Of a DNA stretch of 64,000 nt, positions 1-48,809 are shown piece by piece (the first letter of the stretch is position 1; the number at the start of each line of letters is the position of its first letter). The DNA is taken from assembly GCA_965112155.1 (NCBI GenBank), contig OZ218107.1; one strand, given 5' to 3'. The notes under the pieces are model-generated. The model saw nothing but the letters and a program-made list of their open reading frames with translations. It was not told the origin of the DNA and did no database searches. Made by a program: the position numbers and the translations under genes. This DNA comes from Podarcis liolepis (Eukaryota).

Positions 1-1855
1 TTCATCGGTTTACAGATGTTGCCTTTCTGTGTCTGACTCTTTTGTGAGTTTAGAACAGTGGTTCCCAACATTTTTTTCTGTGAACCACTTGGAAACTTGC
101 TGAGGGTCTTGGCAGGCCACAATGGGTTTTTCTACCAGCTGCAACAGTTTTGTTTTTCTCCCTCCTCCCCGCTCATCCCCAGCTTAGCGAGCTGAAAAAC
201 TTTGCTGCTATTTAGCGAGCTGAGTGGGGAGGAGAGAGGGGCAGAGAGCCTGCTTGCTTTAAAGGAACCAACCGGACAGGAGCCGCTTACACTCGTGTAA
301 GCGGCTCCTCTCCTCTCCCGCTTTACTCCTTTAAAGAAGCAGGCTCTCTGTCCCTCTCTCCTCCCCACTCAGCGGCTCTTCTCCCGCTTTGCTGTTTCAA
401 AGCGAGCCACGGAGGAGGGAAGGAAGGGGAACCATGGATCCTTTGCTCATGACTGCAGCAGATCCCCCCCGCAACCCGTAGGCATTCCCTCCATAACACG
501 CACAGACATTTCCCCTTACTTTCTAGGAGGAAAAAAGTGAGTGTTATGGTGCAAAAAATACGGTAAGCCTTCAGAACCTTGATCAAGGTGTTTCCTCCCT
601 TCCCATGGAGACTGGTGGAGCTTAGGCAGATGTACATTCCCAAGCAATCAAGGATAGATAACATCACAGAGGGTATGTTCATAGCTTTGAACACAGGTGT
701 TCAACCTTCAATTTAGCCCGACAATTCCTTTCCCATAGTTGTCCTTTCACTCCCTTGGAGCCAATGGGCCCACAGATTAAAGCAACAGGACGGCTCTCAT
801 GATTCTTACTGGTTTCCCACAAGGCCTCACTCTCCACTTGACCAAAGAACAGCTACTAGGGAAGTACTAACTTTACTACAGGGTGGAAAGGGCTACTGGA
901 ACTGATGTCAGTTGCTACTGCAACTAGAGTTGGAGGACTGGGTAAAATATGTTGCTACCTCTCCTCTGCTCTCATCCAGTAACCTTCCACACTTCAAAAA
1001 TGAAATCAGTTTAGAAGGAAGGGTGAATGTGAGAGAAGGGGAATGTGAATTGTTCCACTAGCCACAGAAGAGTTGGGTTGCAAAACAGGTTCTGCCTCCA
1101 ACAGCATGCAGTGCAGAGCTTTAGAATGACCGAGGAGCTGTTGCTCCCACAGTTCTTCTCAGTCACAAAGAGGACCAACAGCATGAAGCTCATGGACTAT
1201 AGTTTGGCAACCACCTTTTAGAACTTTTGAGTCATTTGGTTACTATAGCAACAGAAATGGTGCAATTAAGGTACAGTTTACATAAAAGCGCAACCATAAC
1301 AGTCCATAAAATTTCCTGGACTAGCTAAAGTCAAGATGAAGCAAAACTATGTATCATATAAAACAGAGCAATGCACAGAACAGAGAAATAACAAATTAAG
1401 AGTCAAGATTCACTCCATGAATTACCTGAGGGAAGGCATTTCGGAGGGTATTTCAAAGGCCTACTTCTGACTTTTCTTCATATGGTATTCTTCCGATAGT
1501 GAAAAGACTTCTCTGAAAATCTTAAAGATTGACTTGATCTGTATTGGGGGAGGTGGTCTAGCCTAATTAAAACCAAATTTGAAATTAGTATCTTTAATTA
1601 AATTGGCAAGCTGTATAACGTAACTGGGTTTAAAGCAGGGTCAAAGCTGTAGAGAGTGGCTTTTGCAATTGTTTTGAGTTTAATTTAAAGGGGAACTTGT
1701 AACCTCAGCTTTATAGCCAGATGGGTTTTTTGTAAAACTATTAACTTATAACTATTAGAAAATAAAACATGATGAAGAAATTTCTTTTCATTTTTTGTTG
1801 ACTAGATCACAAACCCACTTTATTTTGACATTTCATTCTTACCAATAAGTTTAGA

Positions 1856-1857
<2 letters not shown>

Positions 1858-1888
<31 letters not shown>
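1858..1888. repeat. (TG)n microsatellite
   Basis: About 15 TG units. Confidence 0.95.
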
Positions 1889-1890
<2 letters not shown>

Positions 1891-2864
1891 TTGCATGTCC
1901 CGTATATTGCTGAAATCTACCCACCCTCAAGGGAACCTCTTGGTAGGACAAAAATACCATAGAACGTGTGTGCTCCCTCTTACTGGCTTTTCAAAAGTTG
2001 GTAACTAAATGTTCAGTTTATGCTGTGGCATATATTTACAATGATACATAGGTAACATCAGAACTTCAATTTTGGTTATGCTTTGGAAGTTAGGAGACAA
2101 TATATCTAAATATATATCAGCTAAGAATATATGCTAACTAAAGCATAATAGAGAAGTTTTGTTAGTAATAAGATGAAGTGTCAGGTTGTTCAGTTTTGCC
2201 AATTATAGTATTAGGTTTCAATGGAGTTTGGGAAGTTAAAGCTGTGTGCCAGCACTTGTTCGCTTCCACATTTTTAAAGGATGAAAATGCTTTAGAAAGC
2301 TGTGTACTTTTAAGATTTATATCCACTTACTAATAGAAATCTAATCCTTCAAACCTGACGGTGTGCTCACTGTGCAACACAGTGCCCTTAAAACAGTTGC
2401 TTTCTGCTCCCTCCCAGATGGACCTTTTTTCTTTCTGAGGATGTTCAAAACACTCAGATGACTTTGATTCTAGTTTCTAGGAGTACATGAAGTCCCATTG
2501 GCAGGTGCTGTTCATTTTGCTTAGCATATGTGAAAAAGTTCTATTTTTCCCATCTTGTGCAAACTAATTATGGGAAGGCAGTGTTCCTTTCTCCCCAGTT
2601 GAAATACAGATGCACAATGGCTAAATATTCTTATATATTATCATCACAGTATTTTTCTGTTGCCAGCTCTGTCTACAAACACAGCTATCCTGAGCATCCT
2701 TTGATGGAAAGGCAGAATACAGATTCAGAAATAAATATATAATATATGTATGAGCTAAATTGTACACCTCTAGTGAACGTGTGTTGAGCTATTTGGGAAT
2801 GTCATGGCTTGTACTTTTGTATTACTCTTATAGTGTATTGAGAAGGTTATTGGATGCTGTAAAA

Positions 2865-3000
2865 CAGGCTTCCTCAACCTTGGCCCTCCAGAAGTTTTGA
2901 GACTACAGTTACCATCATCCCTGACCACTGCTCCTGCTAGCTAGAGATCATGGGAGTTGTAAGCCAAAAACATCTGGAGGGCCGAGGTTGAGGAAGCCTG
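2865..3000. mobile_element. hAT-type MITE (136 bp)
   Basis: TIRs CAGGCTTCCTCAACCTyGGCCCTCCAGA...TCTGGAGGGCCGAGGTTGAGGAAGCCTG; near-identical copy at 52568. Confidence 0.88.
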
Positions 3001-6000
3001 CTGTCGAGTCTCTTCCTCTAAAATAGTCTGAAGCATTTGTCTGAACCACTTAGCTTTATTTGAATTTTAACATGTTGCTATTGACATCCTCTAAAAGCTG
3101 TTGGGTAGTTACAACTACAACTATGTGATACCTGTGCAGCTGCTCCCTGTTTTAACTATATTAAGCTGTAAAGGAGCGTGCATTACTCAGTTGATTTACA
3201 GATGAATGACTTGAAAAGATGCCTGCACTTTGGTATGGTATAGAAATTAACTTTTGTATTTTTGTCAGTTCTTGAACAGCCATGGTAAAATGTTTGATCA
3301 CTTTAATGTGCTTTTGCTGATTTCAAGGCAATCAGTCAATGTATGTGAGAGTAATTGGTTGTGTTTAGATGACCATATATATCTTGACTTAAATCACTGT
3401 GCCCTAGTTTTGGTTGTTCAATATTGGAGCTATTATTTGCATTGTATATGCATGGGCTGTTTGTTGTTGAAAGTGATATATAATTGTTTGTTATATGTAG
3501 TTGTAGAAACTGGAAGATAAAGAAGTTAAACAAAAATATTTTTAGTTCCAAAGCTGGTAACCATTGCTTTCTGTTTCATTAAATATTGGACATTGTTTGA
3601 CTGTAGTTGGTTGAACCAGCCCAAATGGTTAATCTGTCAAGTCATTTGGAATGAGTGGGAACTTGCATGATTAGCTTAATGGAGAATTATTGGATAAGTT
3701 GACATTAAAGTTGTATACGTTCCAACAAAAAAGCTGTGCGTAGAAACTACTTGCATTTAAGCGGATTTCTCCACCAAGCGTTTTATTGCTCAGCATAAGT
3801 TCACAAAAATTGAAAATACTCTGCATACTGTTTGGTACTAAATTGTAATACATCAATTTCCTGAGAATACCTTTCTAACTAAAGCTTTCCTGTCTGCCAA
3901 CTTCAATAGTTAACTATCCTAGAGTGTTTGGTAACACAGGTTATAGGATAGTTTACAACATTATAGCTCCTCCACAGAGTCCCCTAACATCCAGTACTTG
4001 AGGACAGGGAAAATAGAAATGTATAACATCTGCAATGTCTTATATACTGTCAGAATATAATAGAGTATGTACAGTATGTAAATACTTTTCACAAATATTG
4101 ATGTCTGTAGAAAAGGTGCATTGTTAATAATTTCATACAACATATTGAATACAGGCAGGATCTGACAGCTAGAATAGAAAAATATCCAATCAACTATAAA
4201 ATCAAAGTTGTAGTTAACTTAAATCAAGTAATTATTCCTCATTTATGCACATAAAATATCATGCAAGGGAAGTGTGTCCTATTTAAATGTGTTTAAAATA
4301 CTTCCAAGAATCCTAATAAAAATTTCAAAGTAAAGTGAGTTTGTTTTAATGTAGCATTACATTAAAGAGCACTTTGATTACCCAGTCGTATTTAAGTCTA
4401 CCACTTTTGACTTTTTTTGGGGGGGGAACCCCTCAAAAAGTTTTAATGTAACATGATATCAGGGCTATATGCAACTAAATTGTTGTATTAATAGGAGAAG
4501 TCTATTCCACAAGGATTCCTAATAGCAAATCAGGAATATCCCCCTTCTGTGCCATCACCAAATCTTCTTTGGAGGGTTGGAGGAATTGCCAGAATAGATT
4601 TAGGAAATGGAGAGGAGGAGATAACTGCCGCGAAAGGAAAGTCCTTGTGCTGAAGGAACCGTGACTGTAGAGCTATGTAGAATAGTAATTCAGATAAACA
4701 TGCTAAATCATATCTGCATCAATTCAGAAAAAATGGTAAACCCACACTGATGCCTTGTTGGATTTTAAAATCTAGTAGTTCAGTTATATTGTTCCAGGAC
4801 AGGGACATTTTTGGGTTGTTCATGGGTAAAGGAGTTGCAGAGGTTCTGAGAGGCAATGACAAAACTGGTGCTGGATGAGAGGGCTTATTTGGCCCTTATA
4901 TATGTCAGTATTTATAAATTTCCATCTTTTTAGATGCAGAAATGGAAATATTTTTGTAGCTTGCTTACCTAGCATTTGAGTATTTTTCAGGCGGTATTGA
5001 CAACAGTGTTATCACTAAGTTTAGCTTTCAGTAATGTGACTAGTTGAGAGGAGATTACTGCACATTTTCCAAATACTTCTGTTTTATTAACCTTGCTGCT
5101 TTGAGCAGAGGCTACACTGGTATTCTTCCTCCAGGGTAATCTTGATTCTGACTAATGTGGGGAAATGTTTTAGCACCGTAATAGAAGTGGTATATACCAT
5201 ATATAGAATAAAATTCACTTAGCTGGATTGGAATGATTGCTCTTGGTAGAGAGATATAGGAACAGATGAACAGATGAACAGGGAACAAGATTGTGGGTGA
5301 CAAAAATACTTCATTTTGGATTCTTCAGGCTTAGTATACTTTTTGAAGCTCTAGTCTGTGATTTTTAGGGCTAGGAACAAGTATGGTTAAAATACTAAAG
5401 CTCAGTATTTGCAGTTAAAAGAATGGCAGTATAGTGTACCATTATAGACATACAGAATGTAGGCAGCCAGCTAACTAACTACTCTTGTAGCCTAATATGG
5501 ATTTCAGAATTACTATATGCTACCATTTTTCTTCTTTGTTTTTGCTTATCACAATCTTAAGTCTTCTAAAGCATTGCCCATTGGGACAAAAGCAGTAGCC
5601 AAAAGTAGTGCTTAAAAGGCCGCAAAAAACCTGAAGTGCTGGTGCACCGTATTGGTGAGTACTGTCACAGAAAGTACTGCTTACAGGCAAACATCTTGCG
5701 CCTCCTTAGATTGTCCAGAAGCCTTGATCTTGAGTACCAGAATCTTTGGGAGATAGTCATGGGATTGAACGCTTTGGTCTAGGAGTTCAATTTTGCCTTC
5801 ACATAATTAAATTACCTTTAGGCTAGGATTCAGCAGTTTTCAGTAGGGACCAAGAATGTAACTGTCCTTACCCAGAAAATAAAATAAAAGTTACTTGGAC
5901 CTTCCTGGTGATTTCAATCTGAAAACCTTCCGAAGTACTATAGGAGTCTAAATATTACTTGGTGGGATAATGATTTCTTTATTGAGCACTTCAGGTTTAT

Positions 6001-7719
6001 TTTGCCTTTGTAAATACTTACGGGACAATGAAAGATGTACACAAGTTTATTAATTTTAGTAGTGTTGATAATATCACATACCTCATGTCACCTTACTGTC
6101 TGCACAAAATAGATTTGTTCCATGACACTGCCATGCTTCAGTAAGAATGATATAAGTGGCACCAAGCGAAGGAGAGGTTATATAATTCATTCTATTAAAT
6201 TGGCCAATGTTTACCAAATTTATTATTAAATTTCTATACTGCTCACTAGTGGAATCATCAATAGAAATTGATTCATGTTTGGAAGTAATGAATAGGCTCT
6301 CATTTTTCTTTTTCTTTTTTGTTGAAGTTGGCTGAAAACACTAATTGTGTTGAGACTGCCCTGTGGCCGTCTTAAATGTTAATAAAACATTGTTTAAACA
6401 CTTGTTGAGTAAGCAGTTGTATTTAGTAATGCTAGAAAACTAAGAAGAAAGCAAAACTAAGATACTATCTGACGGCTGCAATGTGGTGCTTCACAGATTT
6501 GTAAGGACTTTTGAGCTAATTAGATTTAAGCAAAGGCTTTCCTAAGATAATCACTTTGGGAGCCTTCTCTGGAGCCAGGCTGCTGATAATGTGTAGCTGA
6601 AGGTCAAACCTTCTACATAGTATTCTCCAAAGATTAAACTGTGGGTTATGAAATGAACTATTAGAATATTTGAATTCCTGAATGTTTCAAAAAATATTTT
6701 GCAGCTCAGACACCGGTGGTGGTAGGTGTTAAAAGCTTTTACTTTTCACCTACTTGTGATGGCACATTACTTCTAAAGTCAGCAAAATAGCATGTTGTAG
6801 TGGTACAATTCATTTTGGGAACACAAAGTTGGATACCTTTATGTAAGCTTGCAGCATGTTGTCATCAGAATTGCTGATATTGACAAGATATGAAGCTCAG
6901 GGTCTATGGATAGCGTCTGGATTCTGGTTAGCTATGAAATATATCTTGATTAAAATGACACAGCTACAAATGAAATTAGTCATTGCTTTTAAGGGGATCT
7001 CTTTTATCCCTACGTGGGAAGAGAGACATGATTTTAGAAGGGTAGTGTTAAACTTTAAATATAATATTGTTAACCTGCAGAATGCATGAGCTAGTAAGGC
7101 ATAGAGGCAACTTAAGTATTCTAAGTCCTCATTCCTCACACACAGATGCACACTTCATCTCCCACCTTTGGGGGTTCCAAACTGCTACATCACTAAACAT
7201 GTGCTACAAAGTCAACCTTGAACACCCTGTATCTTCCCCCATTCATACTTTATTACAATCACCTGGGTTGAACATGGATTCCTTAGAGTCCATCAGCAGA
7301 ATTGTGTACACACTTCAAGAGATAATTTGTTGGCTCCACAGCTAAAGTAAATTGTCTCCAAAATAATAATTTCACAGCTGCTCCTGGTGTTTCTTCCATA
7401 CTACCAACTGTGCAGTAAAGGCCAGCACTGTGATATTTGAGCAGAAATTCCTGTCACATATGCAAATACCTCTCTGTTCTGCATTAGTGTATCACTAAGC
7501 AAACCGACTAAAAAGTAAACCTTTTTTGTTTTTTTCTTTGACTTATGCTATGCTACAGTGTCAAAAAGAAAACAAATTACTGTTGTGAGTGAAGTAGTCT
7601 GGGGTACTTTCCAAGAGGTGGATTACTCTCAGTTGGGAACTATGTAAGGCAGCTTAAGTGACATGGTGTGGGCACTACCAACTCTGTGCCACCACTTTTG
7701 TCTCTCAAATCCTTCCAGA

Positions 7720-8400
7720 TGAGATGCAGTAATACATTGCTTTAAAACATAATCCTGTTAAAAGGAGTAGTAAACTCCCCTTATACCTTGTTGATGACAA
7801 TGGGGCATAATACCTAAATGTGCTGCGGAGGAGATCTAGCTATCTTTCATAGCTGTGTTGCTCACACCTCTTTTTACGCTGCCTTATTACATGGAGACTG
7901 TATTTTTAGCTACCATAGCTAATGGTCATTGCTAAACCTCCATGAATATGTCTTACCATTTTTGAAATAACAATAATAACAATATTTGTTTAAACTCTGT
8001 AAGTTCTGCAAGTATTGGTTTTCCTGTCCTGAGCCTACTGCCAGTTAATTTCATTTAGTGGCCCTACTACTTATGTAACCTCATAAGCCTTTTCCATGTA
8101 CCCCCCCCCCCCTTTTAGGTGTCTCTTCTTCAAACTAAACCATCCTCTTCAACCATTGTTCAGTGTAAAGGTACTGTAATTCATTGATAATTTTATATGT
8201 TCCTTTTTATGGTTCATAGAACAAGAATTGTACACAGTATTCTTAATGTGGCTGGACAGCACTCATCTAATGGCATTATGATACTATCTGGCATTTTAAT
8301 TGCTTTCCTAATCATTCCTCAAACTGGATTTACTTCTTTCTCCACTGCAGCACATTAAGTTGATGTTTTCAGTGAACCTTTCAAAATCTTTTCCAGGGTA
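7720..8400 (-). mobile_element. Degenerate CR1-like LINE remnant
   Basis: agaattgtacacagtattc...tgtgg, ttcctaatcattcct and cactgcagcaca segments resemble antisense CR1 ORF2. Confidence 0.5.
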
Positions 8401-9505
8401 GTAAAAAAATCAGCTTTCTTGATGCGTATGTAGAGCTATTTTTTATTGTTTTGCATACTTTTGTCCTTTTGATCATACACTCTGCATATTTTTGTAATTT
8501 CTTGAAAAATTGTTAGATGCCTCCAGTTATATCAATGCTATCAGGCTGCCCCAATGTTGTTTTCGATCCCCAGAATATTTTGTGAGCGCTGCCAATAAAG
8601 GAGTATTGATGACTGGTTATATAACTTGATAGCCATTGCTGGGTGATCAAAGTTGCTTTCAGTGTATTCATGAGCCAATCTGACACATTTGGCTGCCCTT
8701 GTATGACTTGTTGTGATCTCTAGTGGCCAATAGGAATGGAGTTATACTTAGAGAGAAATGTTATTCATCCCCACATTTAAGGGCTTGAGATATCAAATAG
8801 TTAAATCTGAATACAAAGGGCATTTTGTTAAAAAGTGTGCCAAGTCCTCTACTTTGGGGCATCCAGCTGGGCAATTTCTAGCCACACCATACTGAGTCCC
8901 ATAGTTCCTTTCACCATCATCAGCTGTAAGGATTAATCAGGAGCCATCTTAGCTCATGTGAGCAAGGGGGCACTTTCCCAGGAAGAGTGACAAAATCTTT
9001 ATATATTGTATTGGAGCAGCACCCAGCAGTCAGTTCCATAGTGGTCTGAAAATTGACATCAGTCAAGTCATCTGGAGAACTGAGCACAGTTGCAGCCCAT
9101 CATAATCAAGTGGGCTAATGAAAAGCCCAAATAGTAAAAAGTGCATACATCATAGCTTCCCAGGAATCCCTCCTCAAATCCTCAGATACCAATAAAACCA
9201 AAAGTGAAGCCAAAAGACTGTCTTAAGCCAACAGGTGACGGGCACTTTCTGGGTAAGCATTCCCACTGAATGAAAGGCCATCTTTAATCAGGCAATTTCC
9301 TTAGAATTGTCTAGGTCCTTAGAATAGATCTAGGTACCCACAATATTTTGGATAAGAACTTAGGTTGCACTGCTTGCAATACTGCAATGTGTGAGTGGGC
9401 CCACATGAGTGTTCCATGCAGCATCCTTACAAAGCTCAAAAAAGTAGCTACTGTCTTACCACCTGGTCCACAATTGCATATATAAAACCAGCTAAGCACT
9501 TATAA

Positions 9506-9875
9506 GGGACGCGGGTGGCTCTGTGGGTTAAACCACAGAGCCTAGGACTTGCCGATTAGAAGGTCGGCGGTTCGAATCCCCGCGATGGGGTGAGCTCCCG
9601 TTGCTCCTGCCAACCTAGCAGTTCGAAAGCATGTCAAAGGGCAGCTGGAAGGTAAACGGTGTTTCTGTGCGCTGCTCTGGTTTGCCAGAAGGGGCTTAGT
9701 CATGCTGGCCACATGACCCGGAAGCTGTACGCTGCCTCCCTCGGCCAATAATGCTGGCCACATGACCTGGAAGCTGTACGCCGGCTCCCTCAGCCAATAA
9801 ATTGAGATGAGCGCCGCAACCCCAGAGTCGGCCACGACTGGACCTAATGGTCAGGGGTCCCTTTACCTTTACCTT
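9506..9875 (+). mobile_element. Sauria SINE, near full length
   Basis: tRNA-like head GGGACGCGGGTGGC with B-box GGTTCGAATCC, (ACCTTT)n tail, imperfect 13-bp TSD taagcacttataa/taagcacatacaa. Confidence 0.92.
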
Positions 9876-10402
9876 TAAGCACATACAAATCAACTTAAAA
9901 ACAACAGCAGCAGCATTTACTTTTATAAAATCAATTTCAAATCCAATAGAGATACCAGCTGGTATTACAATCTCCACTTAGAAGGTTTGTTGAAAAAGGA
10001 AAGTCTTCAGCAGGTGCTAAAAAGACAATACAGATGACACTTGGATGAATTATATTTGGAAGGAGTCACAAAGGGTCGATGTTGCGACTCTGAGGACCTG
10101 ATTCCAGCATCATGCACAATGGAACTCTTGATAAGGTGGTATCTGTTGATTGCTGCAAGAGATTGATGTGAGTGGTGTCTCTTCTTAGTATATGGCAAGC
10201 TGAAAATGTTAAAACATTTGAATCCTTTTGCATTTCTGCTGGGAGGAAGATTTCTGGAGTTAATTTTAAGACTGGTTATATCAGATATAAATAGTTCAGA
10301 GGTAAAATAGCTTGAAGACTGCCTTGCTTTGGTTAACGTGGCCTGTATGTTAGTTATTTACATAGCATGGTGGCTTATGGTAGCTAGAGCATGTCCATAA
10401 AG

Positions 10403-10633
10403 CAGGGGTCAGCAAGGTTCATCTTGCCTGGGCCAGATCAGTTCCGCGGAGATCCCTTCGTGGGTTGGATTGCATGTGTGCATGAGCGTGCACCCCTGTG
10501 GTTTTCAGCGTCTGCGCAGACGCGATTTCCGGCACTGCGGAAGTGAGTCCTTGCTCCACTCTGCACCGATAGCTCAATTTGGGGTGGCTCGTGGGCCGGT
10601 CAAACGACCTCTGTGGACTACTTCATACCCCTG
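10403..10633. mobile_element. hAT-type non-autonomous element
   Basis: CAGGGGT...ACCCCTG termini; 8-bp TSD ccataaag/tcataaag. Confidence 0.8.
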
Positions 10634-10959
10634 TCATAAAGGAAGCTCAGTCCTGACTTCAGCTTATAGCCAGAAGCTCAGGATATGGGTACAACTGAGT
10701 AAGCTGAGTGAGTGTGCTTTGAATCTGCAAAATATCAGTGTAAAAGTATCTCCATGTTGTCCCCATTGAGTACCTTGAATTAATATTTTCAATTTAATGT
10801 AAAGTTCTTCAAGTTGATACCAAGAAAATTAAACTGCATGTTGGTGAATGGTGAGACCAAAAGTTTTAAAGGGTATATTAATTTGAGTCTTAAAGTGTCC
10901 TTTATTCAATTATCTTACTACTAAGAAACTTGAGCATTTCATTTCACCACCTTAGTGCT

Positions 10960-11800
10960 GCATTTGTTAACTCATTGAATTATTATTTATATAACACCAT
11001 TGGTATGCTTGGTGCAGTCTGATGATTGAGAGGACAGATCGAGAGGCATTTACAATTTAAATTTTGGCACAGTGGAAACAGGAAGAGAGGCAGGGCAAGC
11101 AATAAAGCAGTATGTAAGAGGAGAACCAGCAAGGGCAACATAGCAGAGACCTATGGCTTAAAGAGAATAAAGAGAGAGAGTGTGACCAACTGATCAAATG
11201 CAAGAGAGATAAAGAAAAATGAGGACTGGAGATTTTGATTTAAAGAGCAAAATAACAGTTTCAGTGGCATGCAAAGAGTGAAAACCAGATGGGGGGGTCA
11301 AGAGTAGACTTGGAAGGGAAGTCAAAAAGTTCAGAGTAAACAGGCAAGCGCACTCTAGAAGTTATGGAGGCAAAGGAAAAAGGGAACTGGGGTGATGTGG
11401 AGAGGGAAGATGGACTAAGGAGTGTTTTTATAAGGGAGAACGTATGGAAGAGGGAAAGAGCCAGAGGGCAAAGAGGTTGATTATGTGGACAAGAGGAATG
11501 ATAATGGTAAGGGAGATAGCAACCAGGAAATGGGAAGACAGAGGATTAGTTAGGTGACTGTAGTCAAAATAGAGGGTAGAGGGAAGTGTAGGAAAATGGG
11601 CAACTGGTAGGGTGCAGGAAGGTGGATTGGAAAGCTAGTTTGGTATTGAAGCCTCGAGGAGGCAAAGTTTTGGTAAGAGAACAAGGAGTGGATGGGTAAA
11701 TGATGGGGTAGGCCTTGGCAGAACTTCAGAGGTAGAGAAGAGGCACTGTGTATCAGAGGTGTCATAGTGCTGCTTAGCCAGATGCATAGCAGACAATAAA
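10960..11800 (-). mobile_element. Old L2-like LINE remnant
   Basis: Long purine-rich (GGA/GAG) + strand tract typical of decayed antisense L2; no ORF. Confidence 0.45.
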
Positions 11801-11862
11801 AGGCTGTGATGCTTCTGTGAGCAATGTTGAATCTTGTTGCTATGATCTTCTTTCTTTTGCAG

Positions 11863-12086
11863 ATTGTATTCCCCTTTCATTTGGATTGGAATGAAGGAAC
11901 CAACAATGGGATTGCACTCAAGATAACACTCCTGGAAAGGGTATCTAATGGCTCTCATCTTTTTTGGTGGTTTATATCTGCACTTTTGATGGTTTTCATA
12001 TCTGAAGGATTTTCCTTTTGGAAATATTTCAAATAAAAAAAATTGTTCCTCCTTGGAAATAACTTCTTCCTTGAACAATATACATC
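11863..12086 (+). other. ATP2B1: 5'UTR part of the first coding exon of ATP2B1
   Basis: Polypyrimidine tract and AG (tcttctttcttttgcag, ending 11862) 224 nt upstream of the ATG. Confidence 0.75.
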
Positions 12087-47707
<35,621 letters not shown>

Positions 47708-48070
47708 TTGTAAGCCGAATGTTAATACATTAGCTGCATTGTAAAGAAACAAATTGAAACTGGGTCTTCTCACTCACTGAGATGGGCAAGATGGTATTCT
47801 TGTCTTGGACTTCAACAAGAAGATATACTTGTACGAATGTAGATTTATTTTTTTAAAAAAAGCTTTCTGCCAGACTTGAGGGTGCTTTTTTGGGGGTGGG
47901 AGTAATAATGAACTCTGACAGATAAACAGTAACTTGGTTTAAGTGACCTGTGGATCATCAGCTGTACTTAAAAATGGCCCTTAAGAATGTCTTAGCGGAG
48001 CTTTCGTTTCTTGTTCCTTTTTGAGGAGAGGTCTGGAAAGGGCAAGGGAGCTCTGGATCACTGAATTGAT

Positions 48071-48209
48071 NNNNNNNNNNNNNNNNNNNNNNNNNNNNNN
48101 NNNNNNNNNNNNNNNNNNNNNNNNNNNNNNNNNNNNNNNNNNNNNNNNNNNNNNNNNNNNNNNNNNNNNNNNNNNNNNNNNNNNNNNNNNNNNNNNNNNN
48201 NNNNNNNNN
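48071..48209. other. Assembly gap (139 N) in the ATP2B1 3'UTR
   Basis: Run of N. Confidence 1.
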
Positions 48210-48799
48210 AAAATATTAGTCCATCAAATACTGCTGTATTTTCAGGAAAGGGTGTTTCTATTGAAACTACTAAATTTTTGCCTGCAACTTACCTTGTTAA
48301 ATATTGTAGATAAAATTGCTACTACTAATAGCCAAATAGGTAACACTAATGCTTTGTAAAAACAAAAAACAGGAAAAAAAACCATGAGCAGTGGTGTTCT
48401 GATGAAGTTATGGCCTCTGTCCTAATTAGTTTCTTAAACATTTACTACTTAATGGTTTTGAAGCAACTGTAAAAAAATTAAAAATTGAGAAACTTACTGA
48501 ATAACTTCTGTTCAGAATTTAGTAGAGGATTGTTTAATGCAGGACAATGTGATGGAAGTTGCTTGAAATACTTTTGTTATCTCAGGCAAAATGGATTAAA
48601 TCAAAATACATCAGAACCTTAGTCCTTTTTGTTTTTGTCTAAACACAGTAGCTTAGTGCTGTCTTGGTGAACTGTGAGTGAAGCTGTTTATTTTTTCTGA
48701 TCTTTAGTATCTTTACAGCATGAGGGCTGCTGGCATTTGGAAAGTCATGAGTAGGTAGCATAAATGTTTTCTTTTTGTTTTGAAATTCATTTGTAAAAA

Positions 48800-48809
48800 A
48801 ATAAATAAA
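48800..48809 (+). terminator. Candidate proximal polyadenylation signal
   Basis: ttgtaaaaaAATAAATAAAt with upstream TGTA. Confidence 0.4.

Noticed and set aside
57-1215. GC-richer segment and ORFs at the window start as a possible ATP2B1 promoter or first exon
   Set aside because: Begins with a hAT-type CAGTGGTTCCCAA terminus and has a repetitive internal texture; more likely transposon-derived, and boundaries could not be fixed.
9506-9590. tRNA-like A/B boxes
   Set aside because: Head of the Sauria SINE; no full cloverleaf, so not a tRNA gene.
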